In this document: positions 1 to 12,363 of the stretch, piece after piece
How positions within the stretch are numbered: the first letter of the stretch is position 1
How the letters are laid out: each line of letters starts with the position of its first letter
Origin: Octopus bimaculoides
Taxonomy: Eukaryota
Direction: 5' to 3'
Length of the DNA: 54,112 nt
Assembly (NCBI RefSeq): GCF_001194135.2
Contig: NC_069002.1
Coordinates: 36,600,433 to 36,654,544 of the forward strand
The notes under the pieces: model-generated
The model's input: only the letters and a program-made list of their open reading frames with translations
The model's database searches: none
What the model was told of the DNA's origin: nothing
Program-made: the position numbers and the translations under genes

Positions 1-120
1 ATATACCAAATCCACTCACAAGAGCAGAGACACTTGCTCATGGTGCCACGCAGTGGGACTGAACCCTGATCCATGTGGTTGGGAAGCAAGCTTATTACCA
101 CACAGCCACCCCTGTGCCTA
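1..120 (-). mobile_element. tRNA-derived SINE family A, 5' fragment with internal deletion
   Basis: Shares CCAAGGTGCCACGCAGTGGGACT-like and AAATCCACTCACAAG blocks with the longer copy at 12021-12363. The minus strand reads a tRNA-like head ending in a GGGTTCAGTCCC B-box-like motif. Confidence 0.8.
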
Positions 121-819
121 TATAGTTTTAATATACTTTAAATGAAAGAGTATTGTGGTTGTCGACCGGTTTCGCTTTCACTAATCATGACATTGAAATT
201 ATTGTAATTGGGTATTTTCTTAACAAGATTTTAGTCCATGTTCTTTTACGAAAGTTTGGGAATGAATCAACAAGCAGAAAATCGAAGGGGAGGTAATTGG
301 TGATAGTTATTACTCGGGACAGGGGAGGTAATTGCTCATTTTTGGGGTGGGATAAATAAATATACAAAAACTCATAAGCTAAAATAGTGAGATGAAATAT
401 GTACAGTAATGGATATGTGATCATGAATTAAAATATATATTGAGACTAATGTTGGTTATGCGTGTTCTGTATTTTTCAATCAATAAATTTTCTTTATTGA
501 AACGTTCTTGTACAGAAATTGATGGGGAAAACTGTAAAATTTGGTTGGAGATTCCCTGCATACCTCTCTATGTGTTCACTCAAAGGTATCTGTCTATACT
601 TTGGGAAACGGATTTGTTCCTTATGTAGTGTGGTTCACCGTCTCAGTGCCATGCCTCTCTGTCCTATATAGTTATGTCGACAACCTGAATATGTTGTATT
701 GTAAATTGAATGTTAGGGTTTATATTATTTAGTATTGATTTAAATTCCAAGATGTATATCAATGGTCTCATTCCAAATGATTAAGCAGTCATCCAGATAA
801 CTTTTCCAGTTCTCTCTTA

Positions 820-1400
820 AATAATGGTGAAATGGATATCCATATTTTTGCAAAGCCGCATTAGCCGTATTTGGACCAAAAACCTAAACGCTAGAAAATT
901 TAGTTTTCTGGAAGATGAGGAAAATGATAATAATGCAGGAATATATGAAAAATGGATGAACTTAACACCATTAATTCTCCCACGAAACTACAAATTAAAC
1001 CAATCCCGAAAGAGCCCGGACAACATAGACTAATTAAGGAGAAATTAGCGCTAGAGAAAATGAAAATAGAAATTAAGTTACTTAGAGTATCGAATAACGA
1101 ACAAAAAAGAGCCCGGACAACAAAGACTACTTAGGGAGAAATTAGCGCTAGAGAAAATGAAAATAGAAATTGAGTTACTTAAACTTAGAGTATCGAATAA
1201 CGAACAAAAATATAAAACCATCGCTGAAGAAATGCATACCGAACTCACTAGACATCTGCCGAACAACTTTTGGAGTGTTATGAAGCTATGGCAAGGAAAT
1301 AGATTCCATTCAACGGTGGGAAAGCAGTGTTAATTCTTCGCAACTCAGTTTAAAAGAGATTACAGTTCCGATAACCGTTTCCTGAAAAAATCTAAAACAA
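820..1400 (+). mobile_element. Degenerate coding-like relic, possibly a retroelement gag-like fragment, containing a 97-bp tandem duplication
   Basis: Broken short ORFs encode a coiled-coil-like peptide (KLALEKMKIEIKLL) twice. The family assignment is a guess. Confidence 0.3.
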
Positions 1401-1735
1401 ATACATCTACAGAAATGAATAAACATCCAACTAGATCAAAGTAAACATCTAAAAGAACACAAACGCACAAAACTGACTTCTCACTTGGAAATAAACTGTT
1501 CTCAAACTAGGAATAGGAGCAACTCACAATTAAGAAATACTAGAAGAAACCAGCCTAGAGTTAGGAGTAACTATTTCTCGCTATCAGTTAGAATTCGATC
1601 ATCTTGTTCCAAAAATGCTTTAAGAAAATTTATAATGATGAGAGCTACTTGTAAATTCATATGTACATATGTGTGTATGCAAGTTCAAGAAATACTTGCA
1701 TGTATGTATTTATGTATGTATGTATGTATCTGTAG

Positions 1736-2366
1736 CAAGTCTTTACTTCATTTTAACCTTGGAATTTGTTATTTTAATGAGGAATATTTTCATTAACAAA
1801 AACAATCTTCATTAACAACACCCGGATTTTTGAAACGTCATCAAAAAGATGGCCCTTATCTTTCTTTTCTGCCGGGTTACTTCATCCATTGGAAATATGG
1901 AACATTATTCATGGTCCGATATATTTACTGACGTCACCCAGTAGTGGAATGCTTATGATCATCGATGCCATATGCAACATGAACAAGATAAGTTGGGGCA
2001 CGAGAGAATCGAGCTACCAAACTCCTGAACAGAAAGCACAACTAGAGAGAGCGAAACTATCACGGACTAAAAAATGGTGGTCATTTCTGAGAAAACAAAG
2101 CGACAAAACCTTTAGTCTGGTAGATTTATTTACTTGTAAGTGTTGCCATAAACCAGCCGATATTACAGGAGACATGAAAATGAATAGCATCCTCGATAAA
2201 CTGGATGCGATTGAGAAACGTATCGAGAGTTTACCGAAATCTGGAAATTATTCTTTGGTCGGCTCCAATATGTCATCGACATTCAATTCGTCAGCCCAGA
2301 ATGGCGATAGTAAAGAAAGAAGACCTTCCACCCGGAGAGCCAAAACAGATGGAAGGGAAGGCAGTG
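1736..2366 (+). CDS. chs: Chitin synthase copy A, penultimate exon; 5' end disrupted, start coordinate uncertain
   Basis: The frame from ~1868 reads SAGLLHPLEIWNIIHGPIYLL...ICNMNKISWGTRE, matching the HPQE...WGTRE region. It is followed by a CKCC cluster and a coiled coil (SILDKLDAIEKRIESL). Donor G|GTAAGT at 2367 is phase 1 and matches the acceptor at 4482. Confidence 0.8.
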
Positions 2367-4482
2367 GTAAGTAAAGTACACCGTTCCTATGGGTGGGGAT
2401 CTACGTGGTCATTTGACTTGCTAGAAATAGCAACCAAGCCTTCCAAATTGCTCATTGCATTTTAAATCTTTTTTTAAGGTGGGGGGGGAATTAATTAATG
2501 CACTCTGTGATAAGCTATATCAAAAAGTTGAGATGGTCATGGTTAGAATCCTTTTGGTTAAGTATTTATTTTACGAGGGCTGACTTGAGACCAAATAAGC
2601 CTTTACGTGTATCTTTTAACCTAACTACAACTTACATTTAATTTCTCTCAAATCGCACCCTCTCGGCTGCTTCTAGTTTATTTTAAGGAAGATTAAGCGC
2701 GGCATGCCACATTTCACACGGTCACGGCTTCAAGTCCATTGACGTTTTTGGTTCTTCTATGCTGTCAGCCATTCCAGGTTGTGTTTACTTAAGGATATAT
2801 ATGCCAACCCCCGAGCTAAGAACGGTAGAGGCGGTAGAAAGTCGAACAAAAATACCTCATACTATTTATTTGATTGCATCCCTTAACGTTTTGATTGCGC
2901 CTCCTCTTTAGGCTCAGTTTCACCTGAAGCCACTCAAAATAACACCAAAAGTACTCAGGTCAATATGATCGGCTAATGTCCCAAAACGTTGGGCCTCACT
3001 AAAGCCAGAGAGAGAGAGAGAGAGAGAGAGAAGTATTGTAATAATAGGGAATGCCAAAATCCAGACTTACAAGGATATTCAGTTTAGTAATACCATATTG
3101 AATTTTATAATAAATATGTTAATAATTTAGAGATGAACCACCAAAATGCAATTCAAACAATGAAGGAGATCAAAGACCATCAAGAAAAACGTACTCTACA
3201 AAGTACTAATTTAAAAATCTATAAAATCTAAAAGAAAAGTTTATAATCCATAAAAATCTATAAAATACTAGACTTAAAATTTAATTAGTTAAGTAAGTTG
3301 ATAAAAAAGAAAGTGAACTGTAGACTACGCGCGTTTCGTGGCCACATAATACCAGAAAAATCTGTACAATTCACAATAAATCTATCAAGATAAATTCTAC
3401 TCAAAATGGAGTCACTGTTCATGTGTTTATAAATTCAAATAACGTATCCTACTATTTAAATAATACAAATAAAATAAAATAGGAATAAAGTAGGAATATC
3501 TGTACAAGTAGGAAAGCTCTTATAAGAACACTACATAAAATGTCAAGGTTTAATAATAATAATGATAATAATTCCACTAATAAAGAAATGCTATCTGACG
3601 ATTAAGAATAGGAATACATATTAAAAAAATAGTGTTATTAACTAATAAAAGAATTCGGACATTTAATAGTATTAATTAAATAAACGGCATCATTTATCTT
3701 AACGAAAATTCCTTGTTGACTGTAGTATTAACCTTAATGCATGGAAGTCATACGAAGTGTGTCACATGACAATATGGCCTCTCTCCGTGAACAAAATATC
3801 AAACTTACTATATAGAATTTAAAATATATAAATCACGTGACAATATGGCGTCACAAGGAGAAGATAGAAGAACATATTATAATGGATAAAATGACGAAAT
3901 ATGTATAGGAATCGGGAAACTAATCTGTAGTATGCGATTTAGTGGAGGAATAATATTTTAATTATTATTGAAGTCCAAGTAATAAGAGCTAGTAAAAGTA
4001 AGAGGCATTTAAGGTACGTAGGTCATGCTGTATTATGAAGAATAGAAATATTTCGTTGAACTTATTATTCATCTCTAAGTAGCTCACTTACTTTTATTTT
4101 AACTATGTATTTTTCTCAAAATCTTCACAATCCAACTAAACTTTATTGTCTTCTGCGTAAAATGTATTGTGCGCCTATGGACATTTATTTCTCTGTGTGA
4201 TAGGATAAGAAAAGAGCTATTCAACTTAGTTGTCCTTAAGTGGGAGTTTTTGTTGTTGTTCACGAAAGAGATGGGAAGCGAAAGCACAACTGTGTTGCAA
4301 GAACCCACAAACAGCAAGATAAAGGTGGGTGGGAGTGACTAGGAGAATCGAACTAGCGAACAACAGGCGTAAGTGGTTCGTTGCTTTTTTTTTGGGGGGG
4401 GGGCTAAATTCCAACCAGTTTCCCTTATAATAATAAAAAAACCATTTATGAATAACGTAAATTTTCTTTCATTTTGATACAG

Positions 4483-5672
4483 GTGCGTATGAAAGAAGTT
4501 CATTCAGCCTCAGTGGAACTTCGGGATGGCAACGTGATTTACAAGACTTATCTGAAGATATTAGTGTCATCAGTGAGAAAGAACAGGAATTCTGGGACGA
4601 ACTCATTAAAAAATATCTTGAACCACTCAACATAAGCGAAGAAAGACAGATAAAGGATGAAAAAAATCTCGATGCTCTCCGTAATAAAGTCTGTCTTTTT
4701 TTCTTTCTTTGCAACGGTCTGTTTACCATAATTATTTTCACGCTACAGTTCATCAACAATCGAAGCATAAATACCGATTCCGCAGGTTTATATATATCAT
4801 TGCCGTGTTACTCAAATACAGGCTACCAGCTAAAAATCGAACCACTGTCCATGCTATTCATGGTGATGTTTGGTGCCATTCTGCTTATTCAGTTTATTGC
4901 TATGGTGTATCACCGACTTTCAACACTGCACCATATTATAGCATCGACATATATAAACTGTTTGAAACCAAGCCAAAGTGAAACGTCCTATATGAACATA
5001 TTCAGTAATTTAGAACTAGTTAGAGACATGATTAACCAAGAGAAAGAGGACGACGAGAAATCCATTTTGTCCAATGACAGCATCACCACATCTGCATATA
5101 ACACCCCTCCAAGAAAGCGCCGAAAAACAGTTATAAAACTGGCGAGAAAAAACAAAACCAAGCAGCCAAGCAACAGTCTCGCAGATATATTCTTGCGGAG
5201 TTTTCTAAAACAGGAAAAAGGTGCTCCGAAAATTGAACCCAGCTTGAAATTTCAAGGGAGGAACTCAATGCAAACTTTCACCGCATTAAGAGATCAAAAA
5301 CATTCAGTTTTAGAAAAAATAGATCGTATCAATGACATCATAAAACAAAAAGAACTTACGAAACTGACCCAAATCCCTGAACATGACTCTAACATGTCTC
5401 TTCCATCCACCAGTCAAACATCAGCACGTACTGACGAAGCCAGTGATATTCCAGCAGTCAAAAGTATGTCTTCTTCTAAGACTAAAAGAAAGAACAGTTT
5501 TCTCGCCAGAGTAGACGAGCTGAAGACGTTTCGTGGTAGCCATGAAAGTCACTCAGATAAAATGGCTGTTCAGGACATGTCTGACAGCGATCGATCTATG
5601 GCGTCGCATTTAGACGTAAGATGTCATGAAAACGTTTCATCAAATTATCTAATGCAAACTAGTCGATTATAA
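4483..5672 (+). CDS. chs: Chitin synthase copy A, terminal exon
   Basis: Acceptor TTTTGATACAG at 4481-4482. The open frame reads W...ISEKEQEFWDELIKKYLEPL...LDALRNKVCLFFFLCNGLF...IEPLSMLFMVMFGAILLIQFIAMVYHRLSTLHHII, the classic CHS C-terminal TM region, with the stop at 5670-5672. Confidence 0.92.
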
Positions 5673-5979
5673 AAGCAACTGAAGGTTTTATTTTACCACG
5701 TACATATCTCTCTTATAAATAGGAAAACAAAAGGGCGTACACAGTCGATACAATCGGCTGGTGTAGCTCCCTGGCTTCTGTTTAATCAACCCCCTCGAGG
5801 AAACGGGCAAACGAGACACTGACATGATATTAACTCAGGCGTGCGTAGCATCTAGTCAGATATTGATATGTTATTTGTGCCATAATCCTTTACACCTGTG
5901 AAAAAGCATACCTATTCAATTAATGGATTCTTCAAATTAGAATTCTTTAATTCTTTCACTATCCTACAATCACTTCCTA

Positions 5980-6330
5980 CACACACACGCACGTGCTTAT
6001 ATATATACGCACGTGCCTATATATATATATATATATATATATATGTTTATATATAGTTGAATTAGGTACTTAAGTTATGTTTATATATATATATATATAT
6101 ATATATACATACATTATATATATGTGTGTATATACATATATATATAATTTCATAAGACGTTATCAATATCTGTATCAATATGTAGATATTTAGGTATCAA
6201 AATTGCTGCTGACACACACAAACATACACACGTACAAACGGACACAAACCTACATATATATATATACATGAATACACACGCACGCACATGCGCGTGCGTG
6301 CGTGTGCGTGTGCGTGTGTATGTGTTTGAA
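5980..6330. repeat. Compound (AT)n/(AC)n/(GCGT)n microsatellites
   Basis: Direct inspection. Confidence 0.9.
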
Positions 6331-6898
6331 AGTGTTGAAATCTCGGTTGCAGCTTTTTACGTTTCTTACTCGCAATTTCATTTAAATATTCTCGCATTTG
6401 AAAATATCTGACTCTTTGGGGTCTCTAAATGCAGTCAAATATATGGAGAAGAATTAATGCATATCATTTCTGATTCTGTGACACAACTGAATGCAAGACA
6501 TAGTTTTCGGTGAAGCGCAATTAACTCTGATATTAATACTGCTACAAACAATAACAATAATTATTATTATTTTATTTATTCATTTATTATTATTATTATT
6601 ATTATTATCATCATCATTATTATTATTATTAAAATTGTCGTTGCTTTATTTTGTACGAGCCGCTCGAAGTCTCACAAGTTATACGTTTTTGTTGTATTTG
6701 TTATTTATGAGAAGCAATCGTATATTGTTGGGAAGGGAGTTCGCTAAAATTTGGGGGTAAATTTTTACCATTTTCAGATATTCTCAGTTTGATATTTTTT
6801 TTTTTATCATATGGCAGTATCCATGAGAACATTTCCTTTTAATTCTGAGACTGCTGGGTACTTGTATGTGATACTTGCATGTGACTATAGTATATAAG

Positions 6899-6949
<51 letters not shown>

Positions 6950-6951
<2 letters not shown>

Positions 6952-7163
6952 GGCGGCGAGCAGGCAGAATCGTTAGCACGCCGGGCGAAATGCTTAGTGG
7001 TACTTCGTCTGCCACTACGTTATGAGTTCAAATTCCACCGAGGTCGACTTTGCCTCTCATCCTTTCGGGGTCGATAAATTAAATACCAGTTGAACACAGG
7101 GATCGATGTAATCGACTAGTCCCCTCCCCACAAATTTCAGGCCTTGTGCCTATATTAGAAAGG
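6950..7163 (+). mobile_element. SINE family B, copy 1
   Basis: AAGGCGGCGAG...GAATCGTTAGCACGCCGG...GAGTTCAAATTCC...GAGGTCGACTTTGCC...GGGGTCGATAAA, then an (ATT)n tail. Repeated four times locally. Confidence 0.88.
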
Positions 7164-7179
7164 ATTATTATTATTTTTA

Positions 7180-7383
7180 AACCAGTGAGCTGGCAAAAAT
7201 CGTTAGCACGCCGGACGGAATGTTTGGTGGTATTTCGTCCGTCTTTACGTTCTGAGTTCAAATTCCGCCGAGGTCGACTTGTCTTTCATCCTTTCGGGGT
7301 CGATAGATTCAATACCAGTTGAATACTGTAATCAACCCATCCCTTCCCCCCAGAAAAGCTGCCCTTGTAGCAAAATTTGAAAG

Positions 7384-7384
<1 letters not shown>
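7180..7384 (+). mobile_element. SINE family B, copy 2
   Basis: Colinear with 6950-7163 and followed by (ATT)n. Confidence 0.85.
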
Positions 7385-7429
<45 letters not shown>

Positions 7430-7493
7430 GATTACTACTATTACAATTATTACCATTGCTCTGCTGTCACTAATATTATTGTTGCCTCTGTTA

Positions 7494-7707
7494 AGCCAGC
7501 GTGCTGGTAGATTTGTTAAGCACATCGGACAAATTACTTAGCGGATTTCTTCGGCTTTACGTTTTCAGTTCAAATTCCACCTTAGTCGACTTTGCCTCTC
7601 ATCTTTTCCGGGGTCGATAAAATAAGTACCAGTTGAGCACTCGGATCGATGTCATCAACTGGTCCCCTTCCCCAGTATTTCAAGCCTTTTCCTTATTGTA
7701 TCAAAGA
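7494..7707 (+). mobile_element. SINE family B, copy 3 (more diverged)
   Basis: Colinear blocks CAAATTCCACC...GTCGACTTTGCCTCTCATC...GGGGTCGATAAAATAAGTACCAGTTG. Confidence 0.8.
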
Positions 7708-7765
7708 TTATTATTATTATTGTTATCATCATCATCAACATCATTATTATTATTATGAGAATTGT

Positions 7766-7980
7766 GAAGGCAGCGAGCTGCCACAATCATTAGCACGCTG
7801 GACGGAATGTTTGGCGGTATTTTGCCCGTCGCTACGTTCTGAATTCAAATTCCGCTGAGGTCGACTTTGTCTTCCATCCTTTCGGGAACGATGAAATAAG
7901 TACCAGTTGAACACTGGGGTCAATGTAATCGGCTCATCCCCACCTCCCCCAAGCTGCCCTGGTGACAAAAAATTTAAAAT
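7766..7980 (+). mobile_element. SINE family B, copy 4
   Basis: GAAGGCAGCGAGCTG...CAAATTCCGCTGAGGTCGACTTTG...AAGTACCAGTTGAACACTGGGGTC. Confidence 0.82.
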
Positions 7981-9114
7981 AATTATTATTAGAATTGTAT
8001 TAAAAGTTTTACTTTCATTCTGTGTGCCACCGGTGTGCATACAGCATGTGAATATACTATGCTTATATACCATATTAATATAATAGGGATATATGCACTT
8101 TTCATACAGTATATGTATATTATACACTATCTGTGTTTCTTTAATCTATTGTTACTCCAATATTCATTTATTAAAAATAAATTTTTTACAAAACCACACT
8201 TGTGATTATTGTTTGTAATTTCTGTTGCTTCTTTCGTTACTTGTGTATGAATTAGTGGAATTTGTGTAATATTCTATATTTACAAATACACAAATATATA
8301 ACTCTCTATAAATTCAGGGATAGTGCAACTCATAACCAGAGCATTAGCAAAGAAGCATATTTTATCGCAAAATATAAACCTATTTTGAACGCCGCCACCA
8401 CTACAGATGAAACGACAAGAATTTAGAACAATTCCAACCACTACTGCTACGACCACAACAGGTCACTTTTAGGTCAATTGACCATTAAAGAGATTCCACG
8501 AACAATTTACAGTACTCCTGTATTTTTCTTCTCTTTTCTTCTCTTTCTCCTCCCTCTTCTTTCCCTACTCCTATTTCTCTTCCTCCTTCATCTTCTACTC
8601 CTCCTCCACCCCTCCTCCTTTTCTTTTTGTTTTTCTTCTCTTTCTTCTTTTCTTCATTCGGCTGCTCCTGCTAAAACTATCAATTTTCTGTGCCCAAACT
8701 ATTCCTTCAGATTTACTACTACCCACCTGACTTTGTTGCCTCATAACTTCCAGAAAAATGGATACTTTTTAACGAAACTTTCACCAAATAATTGCTTATA
8801 TCCTATAGATTGAGTGTATGTAAAGATTTATTGGAAAAAGGTTCCGAGAAGGTGGGGAGAAGAGTTTCGGAAAATTCACAGGACCCGACATTTTCCTCCT
8901 CATAACTTTCTAGAAAATAAGTATTTTTAATGAAATTTTATACAAATACCTTTCAAACGCTCTCGATTACGATTACAAAGAAATTTGTTGGAGAGGGGGC
9001 GGGGGAGTTTCTGGAAAACGGAGTTTCGGATCAGACGGCCCACATAAATTGGAGTTTCTCCGTCTTGACGGGGATCTTTTCCAATGTTTTTTCACCATAA
9101 ATGCAAAACAACAT

Positions 9115-9186
9115 CGCGGAGGAATCGACGTAAGCTTAAATGATAAACCGCGATAGATGAACCGCAATATGGCGAGGGATTACTGT
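9115..9186 (+). mobile_element. Terminal fragment of a Tc1/pogo-type MITE
   Basis: Near-identical to 17575-17646 (GACGTAAGCTTAAATGATAAACCGCGAT...GGGATTACTG). Confidence 0.65.
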
Positions 9187-9659
9187 GCTACACATATTTG
9201 AAGAACAGGTTTCTATCGGTGATATCGGTGGACTATGTTCTGTAGGTGGCTTGTTATATCTTTATATGTATTTTTTTTCTGCCTGACGGTAAGAATTTTT
9301 GCTGCCATTGTTGGCTTTTTTATAATTGTTATCGCAGTTGTTCCGTGAAGGATTGCCATTACTGAACAGTTGAACCATTTTTTCCCCGGTTTTACCGGGA
9401 AATATTTCAAAAATATATACATTGACTTTGTTGACCATTGCGACATCCTTATTTTTAAATTTTATTGCCAAAAAAATACAGTGAATAGTCTTTTTAGATT
9501 ATTCTGTGCCCCTCCCCCCGAACGGGGGTGGGATTTGAAACATCTTTGTCCTCTTTTGGAGAACATTTTTTTTCACAGCTTAAAAAATATTTTTTCATAG
9601 GTTTCCCAGTTTGCGTGGGAAAAATATTATTATGCCAATTGAATTTATTTCGCAAAAGG

Positions 9660-10030
9660 AGTCACTCGTTGAGAGTGAAAACATGGCGAAAAAAATTTCA
9701 GCGGTTGCCGAATTGGCAACCGAAAATATCGAAATTGACATAAACAAGCTCGGTGAGATTTTTAAAAGAAAAAGGAAAAAAAAGGGAAACAAAATTATTA
9801 TGATGATGACATGAAAAGCGAACTTGTGTTGATCGAGTTCGATACGAGAGACGACTATATCAGGGGCGTAGTGTTGCCACACCACACTACAAGACTTTAT
9901 AAACAACTGGAGGGACATAAGGAAAGATGTGCCTGGATTGGCGAAGAAACATTCAGGCAGCTGAAGGCTTGGCACCCGAAATCAATCAGGAAATTGGACA
10001 AGTTGCCAAAATACTTAGAGAGGGAGGAAA
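9660..10030 (+). mobile_element. C-terminal fragment of an L1/Tx1-like ORF1
   Basis: IRGVVLP...EETFRQLKAW...KLDKLPKYLE aligns by eye with IIRVKLP...KDTYRKLKDM...EFDKLPPVIE at 20946-21140. Confidence 0.5.
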
Positions 10031-10119
10031 GGGGAGGGGCCGACGAGTGAATGGCGAGATCGGCGCCGACCTCTCCAGTAAAACGTAAGTAGAACTTTTT
10101 CTTCTTTCGAAAGGCCACT

Positions 10120-10520
10120 TGAACCTTCTGTCGCCACTCATCCAGGTCCACTCTGGCACGTTCGGATGTTCAAGCCTGTAACGGTCTGCTAGCTGAAATC
10201 GAGCCGATGCTATCGATGCGAGTGTCAACAATAGCGTTGAAGTCCCCTCACACCACTAATGTCTTCGACGTCATGAGAAAGCCCTATAGGCGCCGATAAA
10301 AGTCAGTTTGGAAACCTCTAGCGCATGGTGCGTAGAGTCCGATCAGCCTGAAGGCCTCACTGCTGTATCTCACATCAAGGACGACCAGCCCACCTTCAGG
10401 GTCCACATAGACTGTACTTGTCTGCAGGGTGAGCAAAGTGGGTCCGAGAAAAGACTGCTCACACACATCTGAAGCTACAGATACTTCTACAGGGTCCAAA
10501 TAGCTGGTGATTCTCATTTA
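10120..10520 (-). mobile_element. L1/Tx1-clade ORF2 AP-endonuclease fragment
   Basis: VYVDPEGGLVVLDV...FRLIGLYAP...DFYRRL and LADRYRLEHPNVPEWTW are typical APE-domain motifs. Split across frames. Confidence 0.72.
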
Positions 10521-10540
10521 ACTGACGTCTCCATTGTGAA

Positions 10541-10939
10541 AGTGGAGGCGCAATGGCCCAGTGGTTAGGGCAGCGGACTCGCGGTCATAGGATCGCGGTT
10601 TCGATTCCCAGACCGGGCGTTGTGAGTGTTTATTGAGCGAAAGCACCTAAAGCTCCACGAGGCTCCGGCAGGGGATGGTGGCCAACCCTGCTGTACTCTT
10701 TCACCACAACTTTCTCTCACTCTTACTTCCTGTTTCTGTTGTGCCTGTAATTCAAAGAGTCAGCCTTGTCACACTGTGTCACGCTGAATATCCCCGAGAA
10801 CTACTTTAAGGATACACGTGTCTGTGGAGTGCTCAGCCACTTGAACGTTAATTTCACGAGCACACTGTTCCGTTGATCGGATCAACTGGAACCCTCGTCG
10901 TCGTAAGCGACGGAGTGCCAACACACACACACACACACA
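10541..10939 (+). mobile_element. Full-length tRNA-derived SINE family C1 with (CA)n tail and 9-bp TSD
   Basis: Head GGCCCAGTGGTTAGGGCAGCGGACTCGCGGTC...GGTTTCGATTCCC carries A/B-box-like motifs. CCATTGTGA is duplicated at 10531-10539 and 10940-10948. A second partial copy lies at 19002-19251. Confidence 0.88.
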
Positions 10940-12020
10940 CCATTGTGAGAAGCTAACGGGTACGACAGACCTACTTCCGTTCCACTAGATGACTTTTAAG
11001 GGATAGAAGCAATCTGGAGGGAATCTTTGTAAGCGTGGTTTTCTTTACCGTCGAGAATCTCTTCCACGTCGGTTTTCATACGTCTTTGACAAGGAGTCAA
11101 TTGGAGCGACAATGTTAGAAGTGCACTCACGCCTCTTCCTTTAAACTTTGCTCTCCACTGTACCCATGGCAACAGAGATATCCGTTTCCGTTAACATAGC
11201 TTCTATTCATAGAAATTTAAAGTGAGACAACTTTAAATGTTACAATGCTATAAAATGTTTTCGATTAGGTAAATACTGATTAAACACAAATCTGCATAAC
11301 ACAGGTGTGTGTGTGTGTGCGCGCGCGTGAATGTGTGTGTGTGCGCGCGCGTGAATGTGTGTGTGTGTGTGTGTGTANNNNNNNNNNGTGTGTGTGCACC
11401 CAGTTTGAGTTCCTGATAACGTTGACTTGACTAAGAATTTCAGAGGGGGGGTTATTTTCACTTATCAGTAACTGAATAAGAACAAAGCATTGGCTATTTA
11501 TCATTCAATCAAAAATTTAATCGACTCTCTCTCTCTCTCTCTTCTCTCTCTTTTCTCTTTCCTCCATTTTGTGTCCTTGTCTCTATGCTAAAAGCTGCTA
11601 ATCTCACTTCTAGGTTATCAGCTCCTCCCTCATTTCGCAACTATTGTTCTTATCGTTTCATATCCCCAGCTATTTGCAACAACTTATCTGAACTTACCAA
11701 TACATTACATTTCACAACGAGAGAGAGTAAGTAAGATCTTTCATTTTGCTTCCTTTCTCCACACATATATTCCGCTTATATGTTCTCTTTTTTTGTCTCT
11801 CATGACAATGGATTGTTTCTTACCGTGCCATGAAGATTGGATTTAGGCATAAGCTACACCTAAAGACCTGCATGAATTTAAATACAAGCTACAACTTGGT
11901 ATTTCAACTATATGAAATCTCATATTATTTTCCTTTTCATTTGTTACAACTTTCATATTGATCTATAATTAAATAATGATTTATATTTTCTTCAATTAAC
12001 GTAATTTGGTAACATTTAAC

Positions 12021-12363
12021 TCTTTTACTTGTTTCAGTCATTTGACTGCGGCCATCCTGGGGCACCGCCTTTAGTCAGCAAATCGACCCCAGGACTTATT
12101 CTTTGTAAGCCTAGTACTTGTTCTATCGGTCTCTTTTTGCCGAACCGCTAAGTTACGGGGACGTAAACACACCAGCATCAGTTGTCGAGCGAAGTTGGGG
12201 GACAAACACAGACACACAAACATATACACGCACATACATATATATATATACATATATACGATGGGCTTCTTTCAGTTTCCGTCTACTAAATCCACTCACA
12301 AGGCTTTGGTCGGCCCGAGGCTATAGTAGAAGACACTTGCCCAAGGTGCCACGCAGTGGGACT
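12021..12363 (-). mobile_element. SINE family A, near full length
   Basis: Body ACTTGTTTCAGTCATTTGACTGCGGCC...ATCGACCCC...GCCGAACCGCTAAGTTACGGGGACGTAAACACACCA, internal microsatellite, head GGTGCCACGCAGTGGGACT. Partial copies recur elsewhere in the window. Confidence 0.88.

Noticed and set aside
541-732. Hydrophobic ORF with faint resemblance to the CHS ...VPS...YS..NLN segment
   Set aside because: It lacks HPQE and WGTR anchors and consistent splice sites, and the true homologous segment is at 1883-2003.
3322-3360. Minus-strand GAAACGCGCGTA with GTGGCCAC palindrome, reminiscent of a Penelope-type ribozyme end
   Set aside because: The CUGANGA core is missing and no GIY-YIG or RT coding remnant was recognisable nearby.
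6890-7995. Repeat-spacer-like periodicity that could suggest a CRISPR array
   Set aside because: The units are ~210-bp diverged SINEs separated by microsatellites in a eukaryotic context, with no cas genes.
10545-10620. tRNA-like sequences (also 29025-29075, 30247-30320, 51900-51972)
   Set aside because: They have A/B-box-like motifs but no complete cloverleaf, and most continue into SINE bodies, so they are treated as SINE heads and not tRNA genes.
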